Below, piece by piece: positions 1 through 12,589 of a stretch of 64,000 bases of DNA; the stretch's first letter is position 1; each line of letters starts with the position of its first letter. Below the pieces are notes generated by a model that ran no database searches, was not told the origin of the DNA, and saw nothing but the letters and a program-made list of their open reading frames with translations. Source of the DNA: Vicugna vicugna (Eukaryota); contig MU061579.1 in NCBI GenBank assembly GCA_013265495.1, positions 1,609,319 through 1,673,318 on the forward strand. The letters are read 5' to 3'. The translations under genes were made by a program, and so were the position numbers.

Positions 1-402
1 GGCACATACAGAGCAACTTGAGGCACATCGCTGAGTTGTTCTGCAGAAGCTAAGGGTCCCCCACCCACCCAGGCAAAGGATGTTGCTGAACACAAGCACA
101 TAGACCCCAGACTCGTTGGAACCAGAAGATTGATGATTCAGATTCCTAAAACATCACCCTGTTATCTCACCACCAATCAATCAGAAGAAAGTCCAGGAGC
201 TGCAACCCTTATCCCAAACATTGCCTTTAGAAACCCTCCCCTGAAAGCCATCTTGGATTTTGGGTCTTTTGAGCATTAACTGCACCTTCTCCTTGCTTGG
301 CACCCTGATATAAATGTTATGCTTTCCTTCACCACAGCCCAGTATCAATAGATTGGCTCTGCTGCATGGTGAGTGAGCAGATCCAAGTTCACATCAATAA
401 CA
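1..402 (+). mobile_element. ERV1-class LTR, 3' portion (cut by window start)
   Basis: LTR-like layout: CCAAT (accaatca ~172), decayed TATA-like 'gcctttagaaacc' (~223), R/U5-like 'gggtcttttgagcattaactgc...ctccttgcttggc', terminal '...aataaca' at 402. No primer-binding site follows, so this is a solo or 3' LTR. Confidence 0.7.
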
Positions 403-480
403 ATTCATAAACATCAGCAAATTACCAGAATTAATTCTTCTGTTATGTATTAGTCACAGAAAATAATACAGGGGAAAGCC

Positions 481-670
481 TTTTTTTTTTAATTGAAGTA
501 TTGTTGATTTACAGTATTGTGTTAGTTTCAGTTGTACAGCAATGATTCAGTTATACACATATATGTATATCATCTATATTCCTATCTTTGATTCTTTTCC
601 ATTATAGGTTATTACAAGACTTTGAATATAGTTCCCTGTGCTAGACAGTTAAACCCTTGTTGTTTATCTA
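481..670 (-). mobile_element. 5'-truncated L1 3' end (older cetartiodactyl/camelid type)
   Basis: Poly(T), then 'aattgaagta...gtgttagtttcagttgtacagc...gaatatagttccctgtgcta'. This is the reverse complement of the L1 terminus at 48700-48860. Confidence 0.9.
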
Positions 671-3600
671 GGGAAGAGCTATTTTTAACAAATGGCTTTT
701 AATAAATGGCATCTTGATACATTTGATACATACTACCTTTTTTTTTTAATCAGTGCTTTCCAAACTCCCTTTATTACCTTTTTTTAAATTACTAAATTGT
801 TTAATAAAAATACAGGTCCTCACCACCTGCCCAATGCTTCAATCAATGCACAGAATGTTAACCAAGTGTTTGTTTAGCTTAAAGACTAAACACATATATA
901 AGCATAGATTTAAGCCCAACAGGAAAAGAAGGACCTGTTTCTATTCATATGGTTACATATTACTTTTCTGGGGGGTGATTTATTGTACATATGCTATATC
1001 CGAAACACATGGCCTGTCTTGTAGATCTTACCAGTCCTAAAGATCTTTCAGGCCCCAGGCCTCAAAGAGATCACAATCTAGTTGAGAAAACTATCTTTTA
1101 TTAATAGCTATGAAATAATGTGGTAGTGATTAGCTCTAATGAAAAGATTAAGAAGGAGGCAGCAGGTTGGAGGAGGGTACAGTAAAATTAATTGAAGAAA
1201 TAATTGCATTCTTGTAAAAAGACAATAGATTATTAGGAAGTGAATTTAACTGTATTGAAATGTGACCTATATTTTAGGCTACAAACAAAAACTGGCAGAT
1301 TTTCCACACTCTTAAAATGAACTAAACCACAGTGGAGTGGTTCTGCTCATTTTGAGTATCACAATAAGAGATGTAAATCTCTGCGTGGACCTGGAGTCCA
1401 TAGGCATTGAAGATGGATGGCTGAAGGACCCGAATCAGTCATGCTGTGATCCACTAGAATTTCACTCTCCAGTCTAGAGAAAGGGTACAGGTGATCTCAT
1501 TATAGGCGCTTGCTAGAGAAAGAAGCTGAATTGTGAAATAAACTCCTGATGACTATAGTCTTCTCCCTGTGGAGAGATTTGCATCACAAAAATTCCCTCA
1601 TCACTGATCTTGTCATTATTCATATTGATGGTGTCAGCAGAGGAAACAAGAGCTGAATGTCTCTGAACAATAAACTTCTGATTTACCTTCATTTTAGTAG
1701 GAAGTTGTGCTATGTCCTGAATTAGAAAAAAAAGTCAGAAATAAACTTTAATAAAAATCACTTAGATTGGAAGTTATGTTGAGCTTTACATTTTCCAGCA
1801 GAGCTTATGTGATTTTGTATAAATAAGTTTCCTGTGTATCTATAGGAACACACTTTGTTTACTCATTTATCCAGTATATCCAATATCATTTTAACAAGTC
1901 CCATTGTCTTCTCTTCTTTACACATGCCCAACTCTGATATTTCATATAGAAAAGTAATGAAATAAAAGCAGTTAAACACTATTTTTGAATAGAGTATCCT
2001 TCTTATATTTCAAATGCTTTAGGACATGGACAACCTGATTTAGCAATCATGTCTCTTATATATATATACATACAGATTTACATAGCTATTGAACCTGATT
2101 TATGGAAAATATATTATTTCCATAATGCCTTGGGCACTTATGTAGTATATTTGCAATAAGTGAATCTTTTAAAAATGTTTATATCAGAATCCACTTTTAT
2201 CCCTTGACTGCCCCTGTAATTATATATTCAAGGACTGCATACATAAAGAGTTCAGCTCTGCACATATTGAAAGAAGCAGTGATCAATTATAGAAAAGAAC
2301 AGAACCTGATGAGAGCCAAGGTCACTGTAATTTACTAGTGATTACCTTAAAAATGAATATGTGACTACATGACAAGTGACTTCCAAAAACTGCACTTTCC
2401 TAAATGTCAAGAAATTTTCCTTTTAAGAATCATTTGGCACTTGGTCTTTGCTATCATATTTCTATGAAATTACATATTTGATTTGACAACATTTGTTTAT
2501 CAGAGCAGGTTGAATGTTCCATTAAAACCCTTGGCTCTCTGATGATATTTTTATTGAAGTGAACTGTCTATTGCCTTTTTTCAGTGCATCTGCTTCTTTT
2601 GTAGAAAGCATTAGAACAAGGACTTGTTCATTTCTGTGTGCTTGTAAAATGAGCAGTGTCCTTCCATAACATAATTAGGTATGGCAGCTCTAGCTAAGAA
2701 GTAAAGGCAAGCCACTGTAGGTGTGTTTATAATTCATTTCAGTGAAGAGATAACAAAACTTTTGACAGGATGAAACAGATCTGGCTGCCCTGGATTAAAA
2801 GAGAGGTTTAGATTTATGTAATAGTCAGTTACTTGCAAAAAGGGTCTTAAAGTTAAAAGAAAGAGCAAACTATACAAAATACGTGCCCTTCTGCAGCATC
2901 AGGAAATTGTGGAACCAATTCCACCATTTTGGGTTTTCTGTTACCATTGGTTGAAGATTAGATTCTCTGTCAACATACAGGTTTTGACTGCACTGACAGG
3001 TACTGACTTTTGGAAGTTTATACAATAAGCAATTAATAAATAAGAATACAATGTATTCAGTTCATTATCATAGTTACTCCAGAATCAAAGCTAGATGAAG
3101 GCCAGGCTCCTAGAGGATTATTACATGAGCAGAGATAGCATTGTGCAGTATCATTTAGAGAAGATGGTCTAGTGTCTTGGTCATGCTAGGTCGGGATGAG
3201 GATCTGGGTACCTGTGAGAGCTGAAAGTGTATCTCTCTCTCATTAAGAGAGGAGAAAAGGAAAAGGGGGGTGGAAATACTTTTGCTACTTTATTTAATCC
3301 ACATGAAACTCACTAAAATCTTTACCATAATCCTGAATTGAAAGGATTTTTTCCTCTCAATATAGCCCTGGTACCAAGCTTTGAAACTCTTTTATGAAAC
3401 TGGTACTGTGAAGCCAAGAATAGCACGGTCATCCATTGACTATGGTCATAAAAATACCATATTCTGAAGAGACCAAGACACACTTCATTGTTTTAACACA
3501 AAGTAATAGAAATCTTCAGATTATGTCTGGATATACAAAAATATAAAACAAATCTTAAACTTTCTAAGTTTGATCATCCCCTCCTGTCATATATGATTCC

Positions 3601-3919
3601 TTGAGGAAGAAAGAAGTTCTCACATATTCCTCTTCTGATTTACCTGAGAAATGGCTTCCTGTGTTTCATGATATGTTAACCCCTCATGATTGTGAATCTG
3701 TGTTTCTTTCCTCCACCCATTATTGGTGCTTCCTCATCTAAATATGATGCTCCTTTAATTACTCTCTATCTGTTGCTTGCACCTAAACAGCTTCATAGTC
3801 TTGTGCCTAAGTGGGTTTGAAATTAAAGAGTAGTGGAAGGAAATATTTGGGAGGGAAGAAATTCAGTCGTTTTTTTTTTTTCCTGGAGATACACATTTTT
3901 TGTTGTTGTTCTTTACATT

Positions 3920-4045
3920 AATTAATTTAATCATTCATGCATTAATGGATACAGAATCCATTGCCTCCCATAAGCCAGGGCAGCATTAGGCACTTTATAA
4001 AGATGATTAACAAACAATCTCTACCCACAGACATACACAGGAATT
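3920..4045 (-). mobile_element. L2 3'-end fragment
   Basis: 'tcattcatgcatt...agccagggcagcattaggcact' resembles a decayed antisense L2 terminus. Confidence 0.45.
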
Positions 4046-4175
4046 CTATAGGGAATATCAAAACCCAAAAGTTAAAGTTTTGGAATATGTGAGTTTCCAG
4101 GAGACATCAATTACACTCATTACGTCAAAACAGCATATGATAGCAACACGCTATTTAGAGTCAGTTTAGATCTGT

Positions 4176-4690
4176 GTCTATTCAGATTCTCTGCCCATTT
4201 TTTAATCGGGTTGTTTGCTTGTTTGTTTTTGAGTTGTATGAGTTCTTTATGTATTTTGGAACTTAACCCTCATTGAATATATGATTGGCAAATATCTTCT
4301 CCCATTCAACAGGTCTCTTTTCATTTTGATGATGACATCCTTCGCTGGACAGAAGATTTCTAGTTTGATGCAGTCCCATTGGTTTATTTGTTTATATTTG
4401 TTTTTGTTTCCCTCTCCTGAGGAGACATAGGCCAAAAGATATTGCTAAGACCAATGTCAAAGAGCCTATGTTTTCTTCTAGGAGTCTTATGGCTTCTGAT
4501 CTTCAAGTCTTTGAGCAACTTGGAGTTTTTTGTGTATGATGTTAAGATAGTGATGTGAGACATTAGTTTGAACATGGATGTCCAATTTTCCCAACACATT
4601 TATTAAAGACATTATCCTTTCTCCATTGTATGCCTTGAGTCCTTCATTGTAAATTAGCTATCCAAATCTGTGTGGGTTTATTTCCCAGTT
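4176..4690 (-). mobile_element. L1 ORF2 C-terminal fragment (degenerate)
   Basis: ORF-track peptides 'CWENW...LTSYTKNSK..KDL' and 'INQWDCIKLEIFCPAK' are L1 ORF2 motifs broken by frameshifts. Confidence 0.9.
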
Positions 4691-4868
4691 CCAGCTCTTT
4701 TACGTATACCATCCACCCATCTTCAGATATATAGATGTGTGAATCTCTCCAATATCCTGTTACGTTTGGCCACAGAACTTTTGTTGAATTATGGATGTTT
4801 TACTAGTTGTAGATTGAAGGGGAGAGGAATAGAAATATCTCTTACTGCTATGATGCTGACATTTCTCC
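4691..4868 (-). mobile_element. L1 5'UTR extreme 5' end abutting the ORF2 fragment
   Basis: The minus strand reads 'atgtcagcatcatagcagtaag...ctctccccttcaatctacaactag...tatctgaagatgggtgga', resembling the start of laurasiatherian L1 5'UTRs (from recall). Confidence 0.6.
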
Positions 4869-5536
4869 TTAATTATCATTTTTTGGCTCATCCCATTTTA
4901 TTATTTTGGCTTGCTCTAGTATTATGTATTGAAGAATAAGGTAAGAAACATGGTTTTATTTATATGGAAAATAATATTGCTGGATTTAATATTTGTGCAT
5001 ATCAAAAATACTCTGGAATATCTATCCCCTATGAGTCAATTATTATATAAACTTTGATATAGTGAATATGTGAATACATTACTTAAATATAATTTTTCCA
5101 GTATTTACTTCTTACTTCTTAAAAAAAACAGTTTTGACTGTAATTACATATTCTCAGTTCCTTACTTGAGGAATTCCCATACTTATTACCAAACTATCTT
5201 CCTATATTGTCACATTCAGTGATCTTATTTCTCTTTGCCACTTCATTCACTGCCTTCTTTATTTTCAGAACCATCAGTATTTTCCTGCTGTGATGGAAAG
5301 AGCTGCAATATGCTTACTTTTATGTCAAAGGGTTTCATTAATGTGCCTTGGTTATCTCTGTGCTATATGAAAGCTAAATATAAAACTTATTTGACCAAAT
5401 CTTATTGTTAGTCAAATTCATACTCAGTTCAGTCATTCAGTTCTTCACCCTGCATCTTCTAGGATATCATAGGATTTTTAGCTTTATTTCCAAAACAAAT
5501 AAGATCTATCAAGATTAAAGTCTCACAAGTTTTATC

Positions 5537-7005
5537 TTTTTTAATAGACCTTACTTTTAGAGCAGCTTTAAATTCGCAGCAGTGTTGAACAGAAGGTAAA
5601 GAGATTTCCTATATTCCCTGCCTTCACGCAGACGTAGCCTATCCCAAGTCAACATTCCCCATTGGAGTGAGACATAATTTATGAAACTACATTGACACAT
5701 TATTTTCACCCAGAGTACATTATTTAATTAGGACTAAGTCTTGGTATTGGATGTTCTATATGTTTGGACAAATGTATAATGACAGGTGTCCATTATTATA
5801 GTATTATACAGGATAATCTCACTGCCCTAAGAAAACCTCTGTCTTCCACTTATTCTTCCCTCCTATCTATTCCAATTTTTGGCCACTACTGATCTTTATA
5901 CCATCTCCATCATTTTGCCTTTCTAGAATTCCATATAGTTGGAATCACACAGTGTTCAGCTTTTCTAGATTGACTTCTTTCATTTAGTCACATGCAATTA
6001 ATGTTCTTCCATGTCTCCTGAATTCTTGATTTTTTTTTTAGTGATAAATAACATTCCTTTGTCTGGATATACCACTATTTATTTATCCATTCACCTACTG
6101 AAGAACAACTTGATTGCCTCTAAATTTTTTCAGCTATGAATGGAGCAGCTAGAGACATCTATGTACAAGTTTTTGTGTGGATGTAAGTTCTCAGCTCCTT
6201 TGTGCAGACACTAAGGAGTGTGATTACCAGCTTTTATGGTAAGAGTAGGTTTAGTTTTGCAAGAAACTTCCAAACTATCTTCCATGGTGGCTCTGCCATT
6301 TTGCATTCCACCAGCAGTGAATGCAAGCTCCTGTTGCTCTATATAATTGCCAGGATTTGGTGATGTCAGTGTTCTGGATTTTGGTCACTCTAATGTGTGT
6401 GTAGTGTTATCTCGTTTTGATTTGCATTCCCCTGATTGCATGATGTGGAGAATCTTTGTGTATGCTTATTTGTCATCTATGTATCTTCTTTGATGAGCTG
6501 CCTGCTAAACGCTTTGACCCATTTTTTAACTGAGTCATTTGTTTTCTTATTGTTGGATATTAAGTGTTCTTTTTATGTTTTAGATAAAATCCTTTATCAG
6601 ATGTAGTTTTTGCAAGTATCCCTTCTCAGTCTATGCTTGTCTTACAATTCTCTGGACAGTGTCTTTCTCAGAGGTTTTTTTTTTTTGTTTTTAATTGAAG
6701 TATAGCTTATGAATTTATTTTTTCATGGATTGTATGTAAAAAGTCCTCACCAAACCCAAGAACATCTAGATTCTCTCCTGTGTTGTCTATAGGAGTTCTA
6801 TACTTTGTATAGTTTCTTTAAGTTTTTGATATATTTTGAGTTAACTTTTGTAAAGGGTGTAAGTTTTGTGTCTAGCTCTTTTTTTTTTTTTGGCATGATA
6901 TGGATGACCAGTTGTTCCAGGACCATTTGTTGACAAGTTTATCTTTGCTCCATTGCATTGCCTTTGTTTTGTGGTCAGACATTAGTTGATTACATTTATA
7001 CAATT
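5537..7005 (-). mobile_element. Old L1 (L1MC1-like) 3'UTR plus ORF2 end
   Basis: 'ttttagagcagcttt...acattgacacattattttcacccag...ctgccctaagaaaacctctgt' matches the L1MC-type 3'UTR. The ORF-track peptide 'QWSKDKLVNKWSWNNW' is an ORF2 motif. Confidence 0.85.
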
Positions 7006-7264
7006 TTATCTTTAACTTCATTTTTGGAACAAAAATTATGAATACAAATGGAATCTGCTTAATATAAACCACAATGTCCTATCACATACTATATATTAAT
7101 GCAAAATGTAGTAGTATTTATACATGTACTGACTGATTTTATTAATTAAAATACTTCCTAATACATTTTAAGCTCTTATCCTATTATTTATATTTTGATA
7201 ATTTTTATAGCAGAAATTAATTGTTTTAGATGAAACTTAAAATGTTTTACAGATAGAAATATTA

Positions 7265-7397
7265 CTTGATAAATGCACCATAAAGAGTAAGAAAATGAAT
7301 ATATGTATATTCCTGTGTGATTGAAAAATTGTGCTGTACACCAGAAATTGACACAACATTGTAAACTGACTATAACTCAATAAAAAAAAAGGAAAAT
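7265..7397 (+). mobile_element. Very short camelid-type L1 3' end
   Basis: 'tgtgctgtacaccagaaattgacacaacattgtaaactgactataactcaataaaa'. Probable TSD tagaaatatta (7254-7264) / tagaaatttta (7398-7408). Confidence 0.85.
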
Positions 7398-7769
7398 TAG
7401 AAATTTTATCCATGGGTACAGAGCAGTTGTTTGCAGAATCAGGAAAAAATGTTAAGTATCCTGCTCCATAATCAGTTTTTACTATTTTACACAGACTGAA
7501 GTGTTGTAACTCACATTATTTAATTAGTTTTGTATTAACAATATCTATACAGAGGTTTACTAAACTAATAAATACTCATAAAAATAGCCATGTCAGCTAT
7601 TTTTCAGCCCCTGTTTATAAAAAATCTGGTATTTAGTCACATAACTCAAGTAAGTGAAGAAACATAGAATATAGAATTCCAAAATAGGGGTATAAAAATC
7701 ACCTTTACCCAGGACTGAAATTGCTGTAGTATATGGTACTGAGTAGTTATCAGAAGTAAACAAAAACAT

Positions 7770-8217
7770 TAATTTGAAAAGATACATGCTCCCCTATGTT
7801 CATTCCAACATTATTTATAATAGCCAAGATATGGAAGCAACCTGGATGTCCCTTATATTTTGAATGGATAAAGAAGATGTGATATATAGGTACATACACA
7901 CACATACACACACACACATACACACACACACACATAGTTGACCCTTGAACAACAGGGGTTTGAACTGTGTGGGTCCGTTTTTACATGGATATTTTTCAAT
8001 AAATAGGTACTCGAGGGCTATACAATCTGGAGTTGGTTAAATCCATGAATTTGGAACTATAGTTACAGAGGACTGACTATAAAATTATACTCACATTTTC
8101 AACTGCACAGAGGGCAAGCACTCCTACCCACCTCACTTTGTTTGAGGGTCAATTGTACAATAGAATATTACTCAGCTATAAAAAAGAATAAAATCTTGCA
8201 ATTTGCACCAACATGGT
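7770..8217 (+). mobile_element. L1 ORF2-end fragment interrupted by a (CA)n tract and a MITE
   Basis: 'aaagatacatgctcccctatgttcatt...atggaagcaacct...gaatggataaagaagatgtg', resuming after the MITE as 'tacaatagaatattactcagc...aacatgg'. Confidence 0.85.
7935..8155 (+). mobile_element. Tigger2-family (TcMar) non-autonomous MITE
   Basis: Terminal inverted repeats 'tagttgacccttgaacaac' and 'tttgtttgagggtcaattg', followed by TA; about 220 bp. Confidence 0.85.
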
Positions 8218-8579
8218 GGAAAAAATATAATAAATATTTTAATAGGAATATCTCTCATACGTAAGCCCATGGCTGAGTGCTAATTCAATGAAAGGACATG
8301 TATACAGATAAGTAAGTGTCATCAAATGGGAAAGTTTTTCAAGAACATGCTTAACCAAAGACAGAGACTAAAATTTAGATCATCTATCATATTAGATTTT
8401 TAAGTGAATATTTTACTTATAACTTAGATTTGGGTATTTGTGTTCATCAAGGCATACATATAAATAATAAATGAGATATATTATATACATATATAAGAGA
8501 ACATTAAATGGTATTAGGTTCAAAGAGAAAAAGCACAATGGCAAACTCTTGCATCTGTGTGTGTGTGTAATTGTAGATA

Positions 8580-9070
8580 GAGTGAACTGGGAAAGCATTA
8601 CTAAGATGGTGACAAGTGAAAGAGACCTAATGAGAGGCGGGTGAGGGAAGAGCAATTGCAAAGTGCTTCTTGAGGTGAGAGCAGATATACAGGTGTGTCC
8701 AAAAAAAGTAGGATATCTGGATTGCTGGGATGGCTGGGAAAAAAGAAAACAAGGAGCAAGGGCTGAGGTTTAGGAACAAGAGATTTGAGAAGTAATGGAA
8801 CGGCAGTATTCCATGTGGTCTTGAAGGTCGTATTTACAAATGTGGCTGCTGCTTTGAATGAGACAGGCTTTCACGAGAAGGTTGCATGCAGTGATATAAT
8901 TAGACTTTGATTTTAACAGAATTGTTCTGGATTCTGTGGTGAACATGGACCAACTTGCTGAGCAAGGACAGATGTAGTGAGACCACTTAGGAGTGTATAG
9001 TAAAAATCTAGGCACAAGATGATGACTGACTCACATCTTCAAATGTGGCAGCAGTTGAAAGGTTGGAGAT
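8580..9070 (-). mobile_element. L2 fragment
   Basis: 'gcagtgatataattagactttgattttaacagaattgttctggattctgtggtga...atctaggcacaagatgatg' is typical antisense L2. Confidence 0.7.
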
Positions 9071-9117
9071 GGAGTTACTTCACCTGCAAAGCTGCTATTG
9101 AAAAACAATCATTCTTA

Positions 9118-9432
9118 AAATTAAGATATAATTGACATTATGTAAATTTAAGGTATAAGCATGCTAATCTGATACATTTATATACTGCAATATAATTACC
9201 CTCTTAGCGTTAGCTAGTACCTCCATCACGTCACACCAGTAGCATTTGTGTGTGTATGTGTGGTGAGAACATGTAAGATCTAGTCTCCTAGAAACTTTGA
9301 AGTATATAATATGCATTAGAACTCCAGAACTTGTACACCTTCTCACTGCAAGTTGTACTTTTGACCAACATCTCCCCAATTTACCCTGGTAACCACCATT
9401 CTACTTTCTGTTTCTATGAGTTCAGCTTTTTT
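9118..9432 (-). mobile_element. L1MA9-like 3' end
   Basis: 'gatataattgaca...tggtgagaacatgtaagatctagtctc...ctggtaaccaccattctactttctgtttctatgagttcagc'. Confidence 0.85.
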
Positions 9433-11299
9433 CATCTCACTTGCTAATTCCATATTCAGTGAAAATGTTGATACCTGACGTTTCAGTTCTGTCTAAATGC
9501 CAGCAATAAATGGGAGTGATATGAATATCTATGACGGCGCCAAACTTAACAATCTAACTGCAAAATAATTAAATATATTATTTTAAAATAGTTATTTAAT
9601 CAGAATATAAAAATGAAAAAATAACAATACAGAACTTTATGTAGTATATTCCAATTATTTTATTGCTATGCCTATGTTTCCCTTGTCTGCTTTTGCTAAA
9701 GAGTTTATTAATCACCATATAATACTTAAATGTCTACTGCAGCTCACTCTGGATCACTCAATGCAAAATTGCTTATGTGCTGTGAAACACTGTGAAACAA
9801 CCATCAAAAAGTACAGATTCTGATTTTACAGTTTTCCCTTTGCAAATTATATACACTACCTTTCTTATTCTGAATTAGATAGGTATTTAGATGTATATAG
9901 ATATGTTTGTTTCATATATAAATATGGGGTTTTTTTTTACAATCAACCATCTCAAAAACCCTTACTCTTTCTGTTTTATCTACTTGTCCATTCCGAAAGC
10001 AACTACTATCCTTTATATACTCCAAATCCTTCATCAGACTTTTGTGGAAGTAATAAAACTTGTATTTTAAATACCACTTATTGAGATATATCTTAAATTT
10101 TCACCTACTAAATATTTTAAGCTCTTTTATCATGACGAGCATAAAGCAATTTGAAATACATTTGAACAATTTTAAAGGCAAGAAATATAAAATATTAAAA
10201 TATAGAATAAAATTCAGCTTCTTTTTTACATTTCCTAATATTAGCATATGTTAGATAATCAGAAAGAAAAATAAGATGACTTCGTTAAAAAGATTTTTAA
10301 TTGTTCCAAATGCTTACCAGGTAAAATCCAACTCTATGCATAAAATCAGGATGCTCTATAATTTTTTATCTTTGTCAATCACATTGAAATCACTTCCTCA
10401 ATGATGTATTTCCTAACCTATATGTTAGTGTATATGGGTGAATACATATGTATATGACTAAGTGTATATATGTGTTCATATACATTTATATGTGTGTAAT
10501 ATATGTGTGTATAATATATTAAACTCAATACTGTGGATTAAATTTAAAATAAGTTATTTTGAATCCCTTTAGAGATATATTTCTGAATAAGACAGCATTT
10601 AAAGTATGTGTTTTTATAGAATTTGGCTTTACTTAAAGAAACTCTCATAGAAAGGAAAATATAATGCTAACATCTTAAATTTCTATGTGTCCTGGTAAGT
10701 GTGCTGGTAAGAATGATGTTCTCTCTCTCAGCATTACATTCATTTGTTAGTAAAAGGACTGTAAGTGCATGGGTTATTGTATGGGTCTGTCCCCAACTTA
10801 TGTGATAATATTTCAGGGCATTCACCACTTAATTTTACCATTAGACGGGATCAATTCCAGGGAAGCCTTCTGTAGATATGTAAAGTAACCTTCTGTCTCT
10901 CATAAATCATAATTTATGTTCCTTATGTGTGAACAGAAGGTGTAAGTAAACAAACCAATTTGTGGAAGTTAGCTATTTTTCCTCTAAATTTCAATCTCCT
11001 CAGAATCCCTTTAATTTAGCTTTTATTGATCTCTCCTTTACAGTCTTGGATATTTTTGTTCCCCGGATGGAGTAACCTCACTGATAGTGGTGTATAAATG
11101 ATGTATCACTGCCTCCACTTCTTACCATACTCTCTGTTCTTGTTACTTTGTTTGCTTGTTTCATTTTTTTTTTTCAGTATCTGGAGAAATATATATCCAT
11201 CATTCACTATTAGACTGCTTCAAACTTTCTCTTGCTACTTGTTTCAGGTATCTGTATTTGCACTCGAAACACAGCAAATTTAAGACAAACAAAGTAAGT

Positions 11300-11630
11300 C
11301 ATAAGATTTTGAAGTTTTTCAGCTGGGGCAGGGCTTGGTGGGGACAGCCTGCTTCTGCTTTAGGTACCTTAAGGTGAGCAGTTCAGCCAGGACTAGAACA
11401 TGCTTTACCTTCATTTCCAAGATGGCTTACACCCATCTGACCATTTGGTGCTGGCCGTCAGATGGAAGCTAAGCTGAGAGCTGTTGACTGGGGGTCTTGA
11501 CTCTGCCCCATGCAGGTTCCTGCACATGGCTGCCTGGGCTTTCTCACGGTCTGACAGCTGGCTCTGATAAGGAGGCTTCGAAGAGGGAGTGTTCCAAGAA
11601 GCAGAAAGCATTTTCAAACTTCTTAAACGC
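11300..11630 (-). mobile_element. MaLR LTR fragment (MLT1, H/G-like)
   Basis: 'tggggcagggcttggtggggacagc...atttccaagatggcttacac...ggctgcctgggctttctcac'. Confidence 0.7.
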
Positions 11631-11649
11631 TGTGATTTGGATCTTGGAT

Positions 11650-11800
11650 AGTGAGATGGAATAAAAAATTCTTCCTCTCATTCTAAAAGATTAAGTTCAT
11701 TTTCCATCCCATTGAATTCAGGCTCATCCTGTGACTACCAATAGAATACATCAGAGATGACCTTACAACAGTTCCATACCAAGCCCTTAAAAGGACAAAT
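11650..11800 (+). mobile_element. MaLR LTR fragment (MLT1), opposite orientation
   Basis: 'ttccatcccattgaattcaggctcatcctgtgactaccaatagaata...cagagatga'. Confidence 0.55.
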
Positions 11801-11869
11801 TTCCACAAACTTGCTACTCTATGAAATAATCACTATTTCCCCTTTATTAGAACATTTCATTAACAGTAA

Positions 11870-12095
11870 TAATAATAATACTTAAAAGCAATTGAAGGCT
11901 AACTGTATGTGAAGAACTATGTTAATGGCTGTACGTGAATTGTGTTCTCATTTACTCTTGAGAATAGCCCTATATATCCATATCATTATTTTTTCTCTTT
12001 TTAAAGAGGAATAAACTGGAAATCAGTGTCTAAGTGACTTGTTTAAGAACTCACAATGAGTAGGAGGCAGAACAAATATTAGAACTCTGTTTTAT
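11870..12095 (-). mobile_element. MIR SINE
   Basis: 'ctcatttactcttgagaatagccct...aaactggaaatcag..taagtgacttgtttaagaactcaca' is antisense MIR core. Confidence 0.7.
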
Positions 12096-12589
12096 ATGAA
12101 GTCATATAATTTGTTCCTATAAGATATTATATACTCTCTGTCTTTATTTTTAACTGGAATTGATATATAATAGTCCCAATTATCTTGAACCAGAGAAGTA
12201 ATCTTAGTTATTTATACCTTGCTGAGTGCTTCAATTAAAAAAAATTTTCTTTCTTTCTTTCTAGCTATCATTTATCTAAATTCTAAAAATATATAACATT
12301 ATTAAATATTCAATACTTATATATCTATTAAACACCATTTTATCACTTAGACTTTGATTACACTAAATTCAGTAACTTCTCTTGAGCTATTTCAATGGCA
12401 ATTACAAGTGAAAATAATTGATTATTTTGAATACTTCTAGCAATACATACACCAATAAATATTTAAGTATCATATTGAGTAAGCAAGTCACACAGAGTAG
12501 AATTAGAACACAAAGTTACTTCCTGCTCTCCTCTCCTCACCTCCTCCTTTTTCTTGACTACTATGTTTGATTTTTACTCTAGTACCACA

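Noticed and set aside
6674..6712. Tiny young L1 tip ('ttttaattgaagtatag') nested in the old L1
   Set aside because: It is colinear with the host L1's own antisense ORF2 at this position plus a T-run expansion; no TSD.
11248..11293. 46-nt exon candidate (tttcag|...AAA|gtaagt)
   Set aside because: Weak exonic donor context, adjacent to an MLT1 fragment, no recognisable peptide; indistinguishable from a pseudo-exon.
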